A stretch of 64,000 nucleotides of DNA from Thermoplasmata archaeon (GCA_020348445.1 CP070751.1:692421-756420), one strand, 5' to 3'; positions 46,680-58,400 are shown, counted from the stretch's first letter. Made by a program: numbers and translations. Notes: generated by a model not told the origin, from the letters alone.

Positions 46680-49600
46680 ATGTCCATGGAAAGAACGTTT
46701 AAGACAGTCATAATCGTGTGCTCGCTGGTGTTTGCTGGACTTTTTGGCATCATCAGCCTTGAAACTGAAATTGCGAGTGCTGGGACGATCCTTCACGTAA
46801 GAGGGGGTCCTCCAGGAAACTATTCAAATATCCAAGATGCTATTAATGCGAGTAGCGATGGGGATACTATTTTGGTTTACAACGGCACTTATTATGAAAA
46901 TATTGTGGTAAATAAGACAATTAATCTTATTGGTGCACATTGGAGTAACACAACAATCGTTGGTGATGGAACCGGTGATGTGGTTTATGTCAACAGAAGT
47001 TGGGTAAACATAACAGGTTTTACCATCACAAATGGCGGCCCTGCCCCGGGTGATGCAGGAGTTGAATTGGACACTGTGAACAACTGCAATATCTCATTTT
47101 GCAACATTTCTGATAACTTAGGCGATGGTATCTTTGTATCCACATCCACGAACAACAATATAAATAACAATTCTGTTCATGACAATGAATACGGCATATT
47201 TTTAGGTCAGGCTCCAGACAATATTCTTCGTGACAACACAATTGACAACAACGCTTACAATTTCGGAGTTCGAGGATTGGCTGTCTTGGATTATCATCAA
47301 GATATCGATATTTCCAACACAATCAACGGGAAACCCATATACTACATCATCGGGCAAAGCGGGCTCGTTTTTGATGAAACCACACCCGTTGGCTACTTGG
47401 GATTAATTTCCTGCGAGAATATAGAGGTAAAAAATCTCGTTCTCACCAATAATTACCATGGAATATTACTGGTGAACACCACAAACTCAACTATCACGAA
47501 CTTAACTTTATTTGATAATTATTATGGTGCTTACCTGTATCTTAATTCAATCAACAACAGCATCACAGATTCCTATATTCACGACAATTTCTGGGTGGGG
47601 ATAGGACTTGAGTTTTCCCATGATAACAGAATAGAATGGAATATGATTTCAAACAACGACTATGGTCTTCGCTTTTTAGTGACTGTAAATAATACCATTT
47701 ATCAAAATTACATTCAGGACAACAACTATGGAATATATCTAGGCTCCTCAATAAATATTACAGTGTATCACAACAACCTAATAAACAACACGATCCAAGC
47801 CATGGACGATGAAATCAACAAATGGAACATCGCCCCTCCTTTTGGTGGTAACTTCTGGTCTGACTGGTATTTCCCAGATGACGACTGCGACGGCTTTGTT
47901 GACTACCCACGAATCATCCCGATTTCCGAGGAAGCGATAATAATAACAGAGATCATGAAGAATCCTGTTGCAGTTGGTGACACGCAAGGAGAATGGTTTG
48001 AGATATACAACGCAGGAACGACAACAGTGGATATCAACGATTGGGAAATAAAAGATAGCGGGGTAATTGACAGCCACATAATTAACAACGGGGGACCCCT
48101 TACAATTGCTCCAGGTGAATATCTGGTACTTGGGATAAATGCAAGTTACTTTGAAAACGGCGGTGTTTTAGTGGACTACGAGTACTCCAATTTCGTCCTT
48201 GCCAATCTTGATGATGAGATAATTCTCATGGATGGTTTAGTTGAGATGGATAGGGTGGAATATGATGATGGCACAAATTGGCCAAGTCCCACAGGCGCAT
48301 CCATGGAGCTTTTGGATTACACTAAAGATAACAACGATTATACGAACTGGCAGGAAACTCCACCCTCTGAACCGTACGGAATGGGAGATTATGGAACACC
48401 TGGAAGGGATAATACTGGCCTTACCCATTCCCGTGACAATTTTGCCTACACATACGAAAACAGCTGGTATACGGGTTGGTTCAACAAATCCGTGTACATG
48501 AACTATGCCCCAATGGGCATGCCTGATTTTGATCAGCGCGAAAAGGCTCTGCGAACTGGACAAGATTATTGGAAGACCATTAATGCAGGTCAAAACGGTG
48601 TTTTAGACTCCGGGCCCCTTACGGGCGATGATGTCCTTGTAAATTCCTCTGCTGGACAAAACAATGTCAGCATTGCTCCTGGGGCAAACCATGTGATCGA
48701 TACACCGCTTGGTGGTGACGACACCTTAGAATACTCATATTGCGGGCCCACAGCTGCTGTTAATGGCTTGTGGTGGTTGGATTCCAAATTTGCAGATCCT
48801 ATTGGAACCCAGGGAGACGGAAATGACGATCATTCTCTTGTTCCAGACCTTGGTGGAGGCGATGACCATGCCCGTGATAATGTTCAATTTCTAATTGAAG
48901 AACTTGCTGAATTGTTCAAAACAAATGAAACAGGCTCCACTACCGTATCAAATATGGTTGACGGTCTCAACCAGTGGTTCGATCTTCAAGGTCAGAGAAT
49001 AAATTACACGGCCCATAGCATATCATGGCCAATGTGGGAGAAAGTGGCAGAAGAGGTGCGAAAATGTAACGTTGCAATACTCTTTTTAGGGTTCTATGAT
49101 GATGAAGGCAACAGAACATACGGGCACATCGTCACTGTCTCAGGGGTGAACCAGGGTGGCTTTATGATTGCAATCAGCGACCCCATAAAAAATGCAGCAA
49201 ATCCAATTGCCGACTTCTCATCGTACAACGATCCCCTCAATGTCTCTCACGATATATACATAGTCCTGCCAGGTCCTCCACCCATTGTAAATCCACCCCC
49301 CTCCTGGATGTTGCTCGAAAGTTACACCTCAGGGTACGGTTTTCCAATGCCTCCAATTTACTATGCAGTTGTCGAGGAAGTTGTTATTATCTCCCCCATA
49401 ATACCAACAGTGGATTATATCGAAATCACAGATGTTCCAGATGGTACACCCCTTACAGGGGGAATTATTTCTGTGGGTTTTTCAGAATGGGGCAATTGCT
49501 CTCTTTACAACAATACTGTAGGATATATGGGCACGGTAAATGCCAACTGGACAGTCCAAGGTGGCACATCCTCATTGCTTGGACCAACACCCGATGTGAC

Positions 49601-52600
49601 AAATGGAGTATATGTCGGGACCACGGGGGCCACAGTATGGCTCAACGTCAGCTATGATGTATTTAATGATAGTGTCCAATATGATGTGCTCTCCCCGACT
49701 GTGGATTATATGGAGATCACAGACACTCCTGGGGGAACACCACTTGGAGATAAAACAGTTATACTGGGCTTTTCTGAGTGGGGCAACTGTTCGTTGTACA
49801 ACAATTCAATAGGCTACTTTAAATCCGAGGATGCCGAATGGAGCGCTTTTGGAGGCAACTCAACCCTTCTCAATGTAACACCCACGGTGATGAATGGTAT
49901 CTACGTGGGTACAATTCCAGGAACCACAGTGTGGTTGAACGCTTCATATTATGATGGAAACAACTGGCACAACGACTCCGTTGTATACATTATCCCAACT
50001 GTGGACTACATAAACATCACGGACGCTCCTGATGGTACCACACTTTCAGGTGGAATCGTTCCAGTTTCATACCAAGAGTGGGGCTACTGTTCGGGTTACA
50101 ACATTACCGAGGGTTATATTGGGATTGTATATTCAGACTGGACTACTTTCGGTGGGGCTTCTTTGCTTCTCGGAACCACACCGGCAACGTTAAATGGCAT
50201 TGATGTGGGTGGCACAGCAGGTTTTGTATGGCTCAATGCAAGCTTCCAAGGACACAATGCCAGCGTGAAATACAATGTGAGCACGGCTACTATTGACTAT
50301 ATCAGAATCACGGATGTTTCTGGGGGGACTCCGCTTATGGGAGGAATTGTACCTATTGGCTTTTTGGAATGGGGCAACTGCTCGGCTTATAATGATACTA
50401 TAGGCTTCCTCTACGCGGTGAGCGCTGACTGGACTGCAGAAGGCGGAACCTCTCAGCTCCTCAATGTGACAACTCCAAAAATAAGAAACGGAATCGATGT
50501 AGGATCAACACTAGGATTTGTTTGGCTCAATGCCAGCTACAATGGGCATACGTACAGTGTCCGGTATAACGTTACCCTACCAACTCTGGATTATGTGGAG
50601 ATCACGGATACACCAGGTGGAACGCCACTTGAGGATGGAATAGTACCCTTAGACTATCAGGAATGGGGCAATTTTTCGTTGTATAACGATACCATAGGCT
50701 ACTATGGGATAGTTGCCGCTAATTGGACAGCCCAGGGTGGCTTGTCATCCCTTCTTGATATCCCTCAAGCTGTAATGAACGGAATCGATGTTGGCAATAC
50801 CTCAGGAACTGTTTGGCTCAATGCATCATATTATGATGGAATTAACTGGTATAACGATTCTGTAATTTACATTATTCCAACTATAGATTACATAGATATC
50901 ACAGATATTCCTAATGGGACTCCTCTATCAGGCGGTGTGGTCCCCATGGGATTTGAGCAATGGGGCAACTGTTCTGCATACAACGATACAGAAGGTTTTA
51001 TAGGGACAGTTGCTGCAGATTGGACTGCTCAGGGTGGAGGTGCTACGCTTCTTGGTCCAACACCTGGGCACAGAAACGGCATATATGTGGGTATTACGAT
51101 AGGAACCACATGGCTTAATGCGAGTTACCTCGGGCTTAATGACAGTGTAGTGTACATAATCCCATCACCGTACGATTTCATTAATATTACAGATATCCCA
51201 GACGGGACACCGCTTGTAAATAAGACTGTTCCAGTGGGTTATATTGAATGGGGCAATTGTTCTTTATACAATCTCACTGCAGGTTTTATAGGTGTAGTGG
51301 ATGCAGACTGGACAGTTGAGGGTGGAAATGCGACACTTCTTGGTAGTTCGCCCAATATAATGAACGGGATCGATGTGGGGACCATCCCGGGTTTCGTATG
51401 GTTGAACGCCAGCTATTATGGGATAAACGACAGTGTCCGTTTCTATGTTATTTCGCCAACTGTGGACTATATAAGAATTACAGACGTCCCTGATGGGACA
51501 TCACTTGCAGGCGGTAATGTCCCGGTAGGCTTTATAGAATGGGGCAACTGCTCAGCTTACAACAATACAGTTGGTTACATGGGCACCCTTAATGCGAACT
51601 GGACTGCCGAGGGCGGCACGTCAATACTTATCGGTAGTTCTCAAGGCCATGGAAATGGAATAGATGTGGGTTTAAGTGAGGGAGAAGTATGGTTCAATGC
51701 ATCGTACTTTGATGGAGTCGACTGGCACTACGATTCTGTAATATATATCTTGACACCAACTGTAGATTACATACAAATTACAGACATCCCCGATGGCTAT
51801 ATCTTGGGAGGTGGAATTGTGCCCATAAACTTTTCAGAATGGGGCAACTGCTCGGCGTACAACAATACAGCCGGTTTCCTTCAGGTCATGATCGCTAATT
51901 GGACTGTCGTGGGTGGAAATGCTATACTTACTGGTTCGGCACAGGCTGCATACAGCGGAATAGATGTTGGTACAGTACCAGGTTTAGTATGGTTCAATGC
52001 GTCCTACGATGTATACAACGCCAGCATTCAATATGAAGTCCTCTCCCAACAGGTGGATAGAATAGAAATAACGGACATCCCCAACGGTACGAATCTTACC
52101 GGTGGTTTTGTGATGCTGGGCTTTGTAGAATGGGGTAACTGCTCTGCATACAATGATACAGGGGATTATATAGGCACCGTCAATGCGAGATGGACTGTCG
52201 AAGGTGGATCTGCGCAACTTCTAGGACCTTCACCTGCCAAGATGAATGGAATCGACGGTGGCTTCACACCTGGAACAATTTGGTTTAAAGCATCATATTA
52301 TGATGGAACCAAATGGCACAACGATTCAGTGATGTACATCATACTAATAGTGGATAGAATAGAAATAACAGATACTCCAAACGGAACGATCCTCGAAGGT
52401 GGCCTTGTGATGGTGGGCTTTTTAGAATGGGGTAACTGCTCGGCTTACAATGACACAGAAGGTTTTATCAGCACAGTAATAGCAAATTGGACAGTAGAAG
52501 GCGGTTTGGCACAACTCCTTGGACCCACACCCTCTGAGACGAACGGAATTGATATTGGCACCACTCCAAGCATTGTTTGGTTTAATGCAAGTTATAATGG

Positions 52601-54431
52601 GCACAAAACAAATGTCGTCTATGTTCTGGCTTTGCCTTCTTCGCCACAGAATGTTAGCAAGGACTCAGGAAAATCTTTTATTCATCTATCTTGGAAAGCT
52701 CCTGAATCTAATGGAAGCGCCCCGATTACAGGTTATATAATTTACAGGGGTGATGCAGCAGATAATCTGACTAAAGTAACTGAAGTTGTAGATATATTTG
52801 ATTACAATGATACCGGCGTGGTAAACGGCGTTACATACTACTATGCCGTGAGCGCAAACACCAACATTGGTGAAGGACCAAAATCCGATGCGATCCCTAT
52901 TACGGCAGGATTAGTGCCATCTGCGCCATATGATTTAATGGTAACGCCAGGTACTGATCAAATAACCCTCACTTGGAAGGCTCCACTTGCTGATGGGGGG
53001 CTTAATATAACCAACTATCAGATATACAGGGGATATAATCCAAACGAAATAACGTTTTGGGAAAAGATTGGAAATGTAACGAGCTATACCGACTTTTTGG
53101 TGTTCAATGAGACTATCTATTACTACCAGGTGCAGGCAGTAAATGATCTAGGGGCTGGCCTATTATCTAATGCCGATAGTGCGGAGCTTATGGGTCTTCC
53201 TTCTGAACCAACGACATTAATTGCCACAGCAGGAGATTCTGTTGTTCACCTATCTTGGGGTGCCCCACATTTAATACGCGGTTCTGCCGTCACAAATTAC
53301 AGGATCTATAAAGGCGAATCACCAGATGATATGCCAACGATCATCGATATCGATGATTCCCTATTCTATGACGATTACGATGTAACAAATAATATCACCT
53401 ATTACTACAAAGTGTCGGCGATAAACGCAATAGGGGAAGGTCCATTTTCGAATGTGGACGATGCCACACCAACTGTCCCTCCCCTACCTGTAAATATGAT
53501 CCCCACATGCACGATCTCCACGCCATCTACAGAAGCCGTAGTAAATGGTACGATTTTAATAAATGGAACTGCATCTGACAGTGATGGTACAATCCAATTA
53601 ATTCAAATAAGAATTGACGAAAATGATTGGATAAATATAACAGGTAACGAATCTTGGAGTTATGAATTGGACACAACTGAATTACCCAATGGTAGACACA
53701 GTATAGCGGTAAGGTCATTTGATGGTGAGGATTACTCCCCAGCTGCCTCCATAAGTATTATTGTGGACAATCCTCCATCTCCGAAAGAGAAGTCCTTCTT
53801 CGAAGAAGCAGGACCTTGGCTCTTGCTTGTGGTCATCATTATACTTCTTCTTATATTGCTCCTACTTATATTAAGAAGAAGAAAGAAAGAAGAGGGAGAG
53901 GAGGAAGAGGAGGAACTTGAAGAGGAAGAAGAGGAGGAGCTTGATGAGGATTTGGTTGAGGAGTTACTGGAAGAGGATGAAGAGGAGCCCGAAGAGGAAT
54001 TAGATGAGGATTTTTTAGATGAAGAGGAGCCTGAGGAGGAACTCGAAGAGGAACTTATGGAGGAAGAAGAGGAAGAATTGGAGGATGAAGAAGAGCCAAA
54101 GGAGGAATTAAAAGAAGAAGAGTTGGATGAGGAGGCCGGTGAGGAGGCGGAAGAAGAGGCACCAAAAGAGGAATTGGAAGGGGAAGGATTAAAGAAAGAA
54201 GCAGAGGTAGATGAGGAACTGAAACCTCTTGGATACGAAGGAGCTACAGAGGACAAAGAAGAATCTGAGAAGGTGTCAGATGAAGAGGAAGCCGAATCTG
54301 ATAAAAAGGCTTCTTCAGAGGAAGAGAAAGGTGAAGATGAGACGGAAGTATTCGAGTGCCCTGAATGCGGGGCCAACATCTCCTCAACAGATTCTGTGTG
54401 TCCAAAATGCGGGACTGAATTCGTAGATTAA
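46680..54431 (+). CDS. Giant (~2580 aa) surface glycoprotein: signal peptide, NosD-like beta-helix, lamin-tail domain, papain-like (C39-like) Cys-His-Asp domain, 11 EWGxCS repeats, three FN3, Ig-like domain, TM, Glu-rich tail, Cys4 zinc ribbon
   Basis: GGNFWSD end of beta-helix; IIITEIMKNP..GEWFEIYN; YCGPTAA / GHIVTVSG / ISDP; YYYAVSA, YYYQVQA and YYYKVSA FN3s; TM WLLLVVIIILLLILLLLILRRRKK; FECPECG..CPKCG. Confidence 0.9.
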   Translation: MSMERTFKTVIIVCSLVFAGLFGIISLETEIASAGTILHVRGGPPGNYSNIQDAINASSDGDTILVYNGTYYENIVVNKTINLIGAHWSNTTIVGDGTGDVVYVNRSWVNITGFTITNGGPAPGDAGVELDTVNNCNISFCNISDNLGDGIFVSTSTNNNINNNSVHDNEYGIFLGQAPDNILRDNTIDNNAYNFGVRGLAVLDYHQDIDISNTINGKPIYYIIGQSGLVFDETTPVGYLGLISCENIEVKNLVLTNNYHGILLVNTTNSTITNLTLFDNYYGAYLYLNSINNSITDSYIHDNFWVGIGLEFSHDNRIEWNMISNNDYGLRFLVTVNNTIYQNYIQDNNYGIYLGSSINITVYHNNLINNTIQAMDDEINKWNIAPPFGGNFWSDWYFPDDDCDGFVDYPRIIPISEEAIIITEIMKNPVAVGDTQGEWFEIYNAGTTTVDINDWEIKDSGVIDSHIINNGGPLTIAPGEYLVLGINASYFENGGVLVDYEYSNFVLANLDDEIILMDGLVEMDRVEYDDGTNWPSPTGASMELLDYTKDNNDYTNWQETPPSEPYGMGDYGTPGRDNTGLTHSRDNFAYTYENSWYTGWFNKSVYMNYAPMGMPDFDQREKALRTGQDYWKTINAGQNGVLDSGPLTGDDVLVNSSAGQNNVSIAPGANHVIDTPLGGDDTLEYSYCGPTAAVNGLWWLDSKFADPIGTQGDGNDDHSLVPDLGGGDDHARDNVQFLIEELAELFKTNETGSTTVSNMVDGLNQWFDLQGQRINYTAHSISWPMWEKVAEEVRKCNVAILFLGFYDDEGNRTYGHIVTVSGVNQGGFMIAISDPIKNAANPIADFSSYNDPLNVSHDIYIVLPGPPPIVNPPPSWMLLESYTSGYGFPMPPIYYAVVEEVVIISPIIPTVDYIEITDVPDGTPLTGGIISVGFSEWGNCSLYNNTVGYMGTVNANWTVQGGTSSLLGPTPDVTNGVYVGTTGATVWLNVSYDVFNDSVQYDVLSPTVDYMEITDTPGGTPLGDKTVILGFSEWGNCSLYNNSIGYFKSEDAEWSAFGGNSTLLNVTPTVMNGIYVGTIPGTTVWLNASYYDGNNWHNDSVVYIIPTVDYINITDAPDGTTLSGGIVPVSYQEWGYCSGYNITEGYIGIVYSDWTTFGGASLLLGTTPATLNGIDVGGTAGFVWLNASFQGHNASVKYNVSTATIDYIRITDVSGGTPLMGGIVPIGFLEWGNCSAYNDTIGFLYAVSADWTAEGGTSQLLNVTTPKIRNGIDVGSTLGFVWLNASYNGHTYSVRYNVTLPTLDYVEITDTPGGTPLEDGIVPLDYQEWGNFSLYNDTIGYYGIVAANWTAQGGLSSLLDIPQAVMNGIDVGNTSGTVWLNASYYDGINWYNDSVIYIIPTIDYIDITDIPNGTPLSGGVVPMGFEQWGNCSAYNDTEGFIGTVAADWTAQGGGATLLGPTPGHRNGIYVGITIGTTWLNASYLGLNDSVVYIIPSPYDFINITDIPDGTPLVNKTVPVGYIEWGNCSLYNLTAGFIGVVDADWTVEGGNATLLGSSPNIMNGIDVGTIPGFVWLNASYYGINDSVRFYVISPTVDYIRITDVPDGTSLAGGNVPVGFIEWGNCSAYNNTVGYMGTLNANWTAEGGTSILIGSSQGHGNGIDVGLSEGEVWFNASYFDGVDWHYDSVIYILTPTVDYIQITDIPDGYILGGGIVPINFSEWGNCSAYNNTAGFLQVMIANWTVVGGNAILTGSAQAAYSGIDVGTVPGLVWFNASYDVYNASIQYEVLSQQVDRIEITDIPNGTNLTGGFVMLGFVEWGNCSAYNDTGDYIGTVNARWTVEGGSAQLLGPSPAKMNGIDGGFTPGTIWFKASYYDGTKWHNDSVMYIILIVDRIEITDTPNGTILEGGLVMVGFLEWGNCSAYNDTEGFISTVIANWTVEGGLAQLLGPTPSETNGIDIGTTPSIVWFNASYNGHKTNVVYVLALPSSPQNVSKDSGKSFIHLSWKAPESNGSAPITGYIIYRGDAADNLTKVTEVVDIFDYNDTGVVNGVTYYYAVSANTNIGEGPKSDAIPITAGLVPSAPYDLMVTPGTDQITLTWKAPLADGGLNITNYQIYRGYNPNEITFWEKIGNVTSYTDFLVFNETIYYYQVQAVNDLGAGLLSNADSAELMGLPSEPTTLIATAGDSVVHLSWGAPHLIRGSAVTNYRIYKGESPDDMPTIIDIDDSLFYDDYDVTNNITYYYKVSAINAIGEGPFSNVDDATPTVPPLPVNMIPTCTISTPSTEAVVNGTILINGTASDSDGTIQLIQIRIDENDWINITGNESWSYELDTTELPNGRHSIAVRSFDGEDYSPAASISIIVDNPPSPKEKSFFEEAGPWLLLVVIIILLLILLLLILRRRKKEEGEEEEEELEEEEEEELDEDLVEELLEEDEEEPEEELDEDFLDEEEPEEELEEELMEEEEEELEDEEEPKEELKEEELDEEAGEEAEEEAPKEELEGEGLKKEAEVDEELKPLGYEGATEDKEESEKVSDEEEAESDKKASSEEEKGEDETEVFECPECGANISSTDSVCPKCGTEFVD
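49404..52640 (+). repeat. 11 tandem coding repeats of ~97-100 aa (PTVDYIEITD..EWGNCS.YN..ANWT..GG..NGIDVG..WLNASY)
   Basis: Eleven (E/Q)WG(N/Y)(C/F)S motifs counted between ~49485 and ~52430. Confidence 0.9.
53885..54350 (+). repeat. Low-complexity purine-rich GAA/GAG tract encoding a Glu-rich cytoplasmic linker
   Basis: Runs such as EEEEEELEEEEEEELDEDL..EEEPEEELEEELMEEEEEEL. Confidence 0.85.
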
Positions 54432-54475
54432 TAATATAAGATGTTTGAGGAAAAAGATTAAAGGGAGGCTTAAAA

Positions 54476-55000
54476 ATGCAGGTATACAGATGTAAGATAT
54501 GCGGTGATCCATACCTAGGGGAAGAGAAGCCCACGAACTGTCCTTTCTGTGGAGCCCCGGCAGAGTACATGATATTTGCAATGGATTGGAGGGATCCTGC
54601 AATCGAGGATTTATCAAGTATTTCAAAGCAGAACCTCGAAATTGCCCTTGAGCTTGAGACTGAAAACACGAAATTTTATATGTGCGCATCAGAAATGACC
54701 TCTAATGTTGAGGGAAAGCAGTTGTTTCGTGCCTTGTCCAAGATCGAAAGTGAGCACGCCTCAGTGATAGCAAAGATTCTCAGGGTAAAAAAACCCCAGG
54801 TAGAACTGGATAAACTGGCCTGCTACCCTTCTTACAAGGATAATCTCAAAGATGCTCAAGATAGGGAGGAGAGGGCAATAAAAGAATACAGCAAGTTCTT
54901 CAAGGATGCAAAGGAACCCAGGCTAAAGGAGATATTCCAAGCCTTGGCCATGATCGAAAAGGATCACCTGACGCTTGCAAAGGAGAGGTTGAAGGGGTAG
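54476..55000 (+). CDS. Reverse-rubrerythrin-like protein (N-terminal rubredoxin-like CxxC..CxxC, C-terminal ferritin-like diiron domain)
   Basis: YRCKICG..CPFCG; ELETEN..FY, ESEH, EERA..Y, EKDH. Confidence 0.88.
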   Translation: MQVYRCKICGDPYLGEEKPTNCPFCGAPAEYMIFAMDWRDPAIEDLSSISKQNLEIALELETENTKFYMCASEMTSNVEGKQLFRALSKIESEHASVIAKILRVKKPQVELDKLACYPSYKDNLKDAQDREERAIKEYSKFFKDAKEPRLKEIFQALAMIEKDHLTLAKERLKG

Positions 55001-55120
55001 GTTTTTCGATAACTTTTTATTTTTATTCACGTATTTATGTTATCATCCTAAATAATAGAAGCGTGCCATACATTACTATTAAGTATCAAAACAACGATTC
55101 TCTAGACTGGAGGGTATCAA

Positions 55121-55291
55121 ATGGTAGAATATCCAATATGTCCAAAGTGTGAGACGAGCCTTAACAACAACATCGGCCATTTTTTTGATTATGTTCCTGA
55201 TGGACACGGCGGAACAATACAGATTTCAATTGATTTTTGTATAAGCTGCGGCTATCCCATAACATCCAAATCTGGTAAAAAAGTTAAGTAG
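55121..55291 (+). CDS. 56-aa Cys4 zinc-finger microprotein (absent from ORF track)
   Basis: Read from DNA: MVEYPICPKCETSLNNNIGHFFDYVPDGHGGTIQISIDFCISCGYPITSKSGKKVK; GGAGGG SD about 6 nt upstream. Confidence 0.72.
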   Translation: MVEYPICPKCETSLNNNIGHFFDYVPDGHGGTIQISIDFCISCGYPITSKSGKKVK

Positions 55292-55407
55292 AAAAAAAGA
55301 GTGGTAATAATCAAGATTTGGGACAAATATGAGAGCCTAGGGGTACTAAAAGAACAGCAACAGTAATAAACTCATTATACTATACGGGTTTTAGGGGGAG
55401 AGTCTAA

Positions 55408-58400
55408 GTGAAGTTCATCAAGATTAGAGCAGTATTCTTAATTCTCAGTTTGATATTCAGTATATTCATATTCATTCCAATGAAGGTAATGAAAGCCGAT
55501 GGGGGATCTATAGATGTGGTAATTAATGAGATCATGCATGACCCGCTGGGAATTGAAGTGGATGAAGAATATATTGAGCTTTACAATAATGGAAGTACCA
55601 CCGTAAACCTTGAAAACTGGACGTTAACCGATCAGGATGGTCCTGGGTACGATTTCACTTTTCCGAATATAGATTTTCCTCCAATGACCTACATGATACT
55701 GCACACTGGAGAAGGCTTAAATGATACAGATTTCTCTGATGGTGTTGCACATTTCTATCTCTGGAAAACTTCTGGAATATGGGGTCCATACGAAGATGAT
55801 GTACTTTTAAAAAATGATACAGGAATAGGAATTGATTATGTTGCATATGGTGACGAAGGTCTGGTAGATCCCCCTCCTGCTGACCTAACTTGGAGTGGAT
55901 CAAATCCTTCTGCCGTTGAAGGTGACTCCATATCCCTTCATCCAAATGGCTATGACAGTGATTCAGGATTAAGTTGGGAGAGATCGGATCCAACACCTGG
56001 GAGGACAAATGCACATCTATATGATGATCCCCCAGAGATAATGGAAGTAAGACATACTCCCTTAAATCCAACAACCTCGGAAGGCGTGACAATAATTACA
56101 AATGTTTCAGATGATTATTATTTAGAAACTGTAACCTTGATGTACAATGTCGATGGTTCTGGTTATACCTCATTACCCATGATATTTGAGAGCATGAATT
56201 ACTCAGTTCAACTTCCAGCGCAGACCGAAGGTACAATAGTCGAGTACTACATCCTGGCAATTGACGATGCACAGCAAAACTCAACTACCCAAGTTCATTC
56301 CTTTGCCCATAGTGATTTACCCATTTCCGTAGTTATCAACGAGTTCCTCCCCGATCCAGAGAGTGACTGGAACTGTGATGGATATTTTGATAGTGATGAT
56401 GAGTGGATAGAACTCTACAACCCAGGAGACTTGGTTGTCAATATCGGAGGATGGAAGATCGATGATGCACTGGGCAGTGTAGGCTCATCTGATCCATTCA
56501 CTATTCCGCAAGGAATAAGTATTGGACCTAGAGAATTTCTTGTATTCTATGGAAATGACACCGGGATATTGTTGAACAACAATGGGGATAATGTCACCTT
56601 ACTAAATGAAACTGATACGATAATCGATGTTCACACCTATTATACAAGCAAGGACGACACCACATGCGGGAGATTTCCGGACGGCACAGATGAAATAAAG
56701 GGTTTCCTTCTTCCAACTCCAGGCTACCAAAACCAATATACAGTGGATTCACTGCAAAATGTATCCTACATAAAGATAAACGAATTTCTGCCCACGCCAA
56801 AGACGGTCTTTTCCAATGAATGGATCGAACTCTATAATGCCGGTACAACTCCTGTTAGACTTGACGGCTTGTGGCTCGATGATATATTGGATAGCGGCAC
56901 CAAACCGTGGCAGATTCCTTTGAGCACCACAATCCAACCGCAGCATGTAATACTTTTCAACAGGAGCTTTGGATTGAACAATGCAGGTGATACAGTTAAT
57001 CTCTTATATGTAGATGGCACAACAGTTATTGACAGTTATTGCTATGACACGAGTGAGTACGACATCTCATTTGGCAGGAGCAGCGATGGGGAAGAGTCCT
57101 GGATTAGTTTCAGCCACCCAACACCCAATCAACTCAACACACCATTTGAGGAGCCCAGCTTTCAAGAAAGGAGCATTATAATAATAGAGCTTTTTTACAG
57201 AAGCACAGAAGAAGAATTTCTATGCCTTTTCAATCCATCTGAAACCCATGTCAACATCGGCGGATGGCGAATTTCGGACGGACAGGGTTCCTATTCTGGT
57301 ACCATCATATTTCCCGAAGGCACTATTATGGATTCAAAGGACCATATCTATGTTGCCAGCAGTGCTGTCATCTTTTATAACATTATGAATTTCTATCCCG
57401 ATTTCGAGTATGGTAACTCTTCAGATGCTGTCCCAGAAATGATAAAAAGGGAGATACCGAGCTTTTCAGTCTCAAAAGACGAGGCATTGCTCTTGGACGT
57501 TTTCGGGAATCTAATCGATATCGTGGTGTACGGGGATTCTGAATACAAAGATATAGGTTGGACAGGCTCCCCTATCAACGATGCGAAAAAAGGCGAAATA
57601 CTGAAGAGAAATTATGATGAAATAAATAAGGATTATTTAGATACCAATTCCTCTCTAGATTGGGAACATATAAGGCATTATAAGCCAGGCCAAACTGATT
57701 TCGAGTATGAGACCTTTACATATAACGGTAAAATGACCCTGTTCTCATCCCCTGATTCCAGTTATGATACCGTAGTTTGTGAAATTGAAGGTGCACAGAA
57801 TACGATCTACATAAGCTTGTATCAATTTACAAATTGGAACATTAGCGAGAAAATAATAGAGAAGTTGAATGCCAATGTGGATGTGAAGATTCTCATGGAA
57901 GGCGGCCCAGCTGACGGAATCGCCCAGGAGCAGAAATATATTCTCTCGAAGATTGTAGAAAATGGTGGAGACGTCAGATTCATGGTTACCAACTCCACAC
58001 TTGGAGCAAGATACCGCTATGTACATGCCAAATATGCCATAATAGATGATAAGAAAGTGATAATTTCGTCTGAGAATTGGAAATACACGGGCTTACCAGT
58101 GGACAATACATACGGAAATAGGGGTTGGGGAGTGGTTATTGAAAATACCGATGTGGCAGGATATTTTACAGATGTCTTTTTAGCTGATTGGAGTTCAGTT
58201 GGCTACGACATACTACCTTTCACACCTGATGATCCGACCTACGGAAATCCGTCCTCTAATTTTGAATTAGATGATTGGATTGAATATGGTTATTATGACC
58301 CGATCTTTACAAATGTAACGTTGGAAGGGGAATTTACAGTATCTCCTGTTATATCCCCTGACACGTCTCTCTTGGAGAATGAAGCGATTCTCGGTGCCAT

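Noticed and set aside
53732-54379. 215-aa Ser-rich ORF on the minus strand
   Set aside because: Antisense shadow of the GAA/GAG Glu-rich tail; the poly-Ser arises from TTC/CTC/TCT complements.
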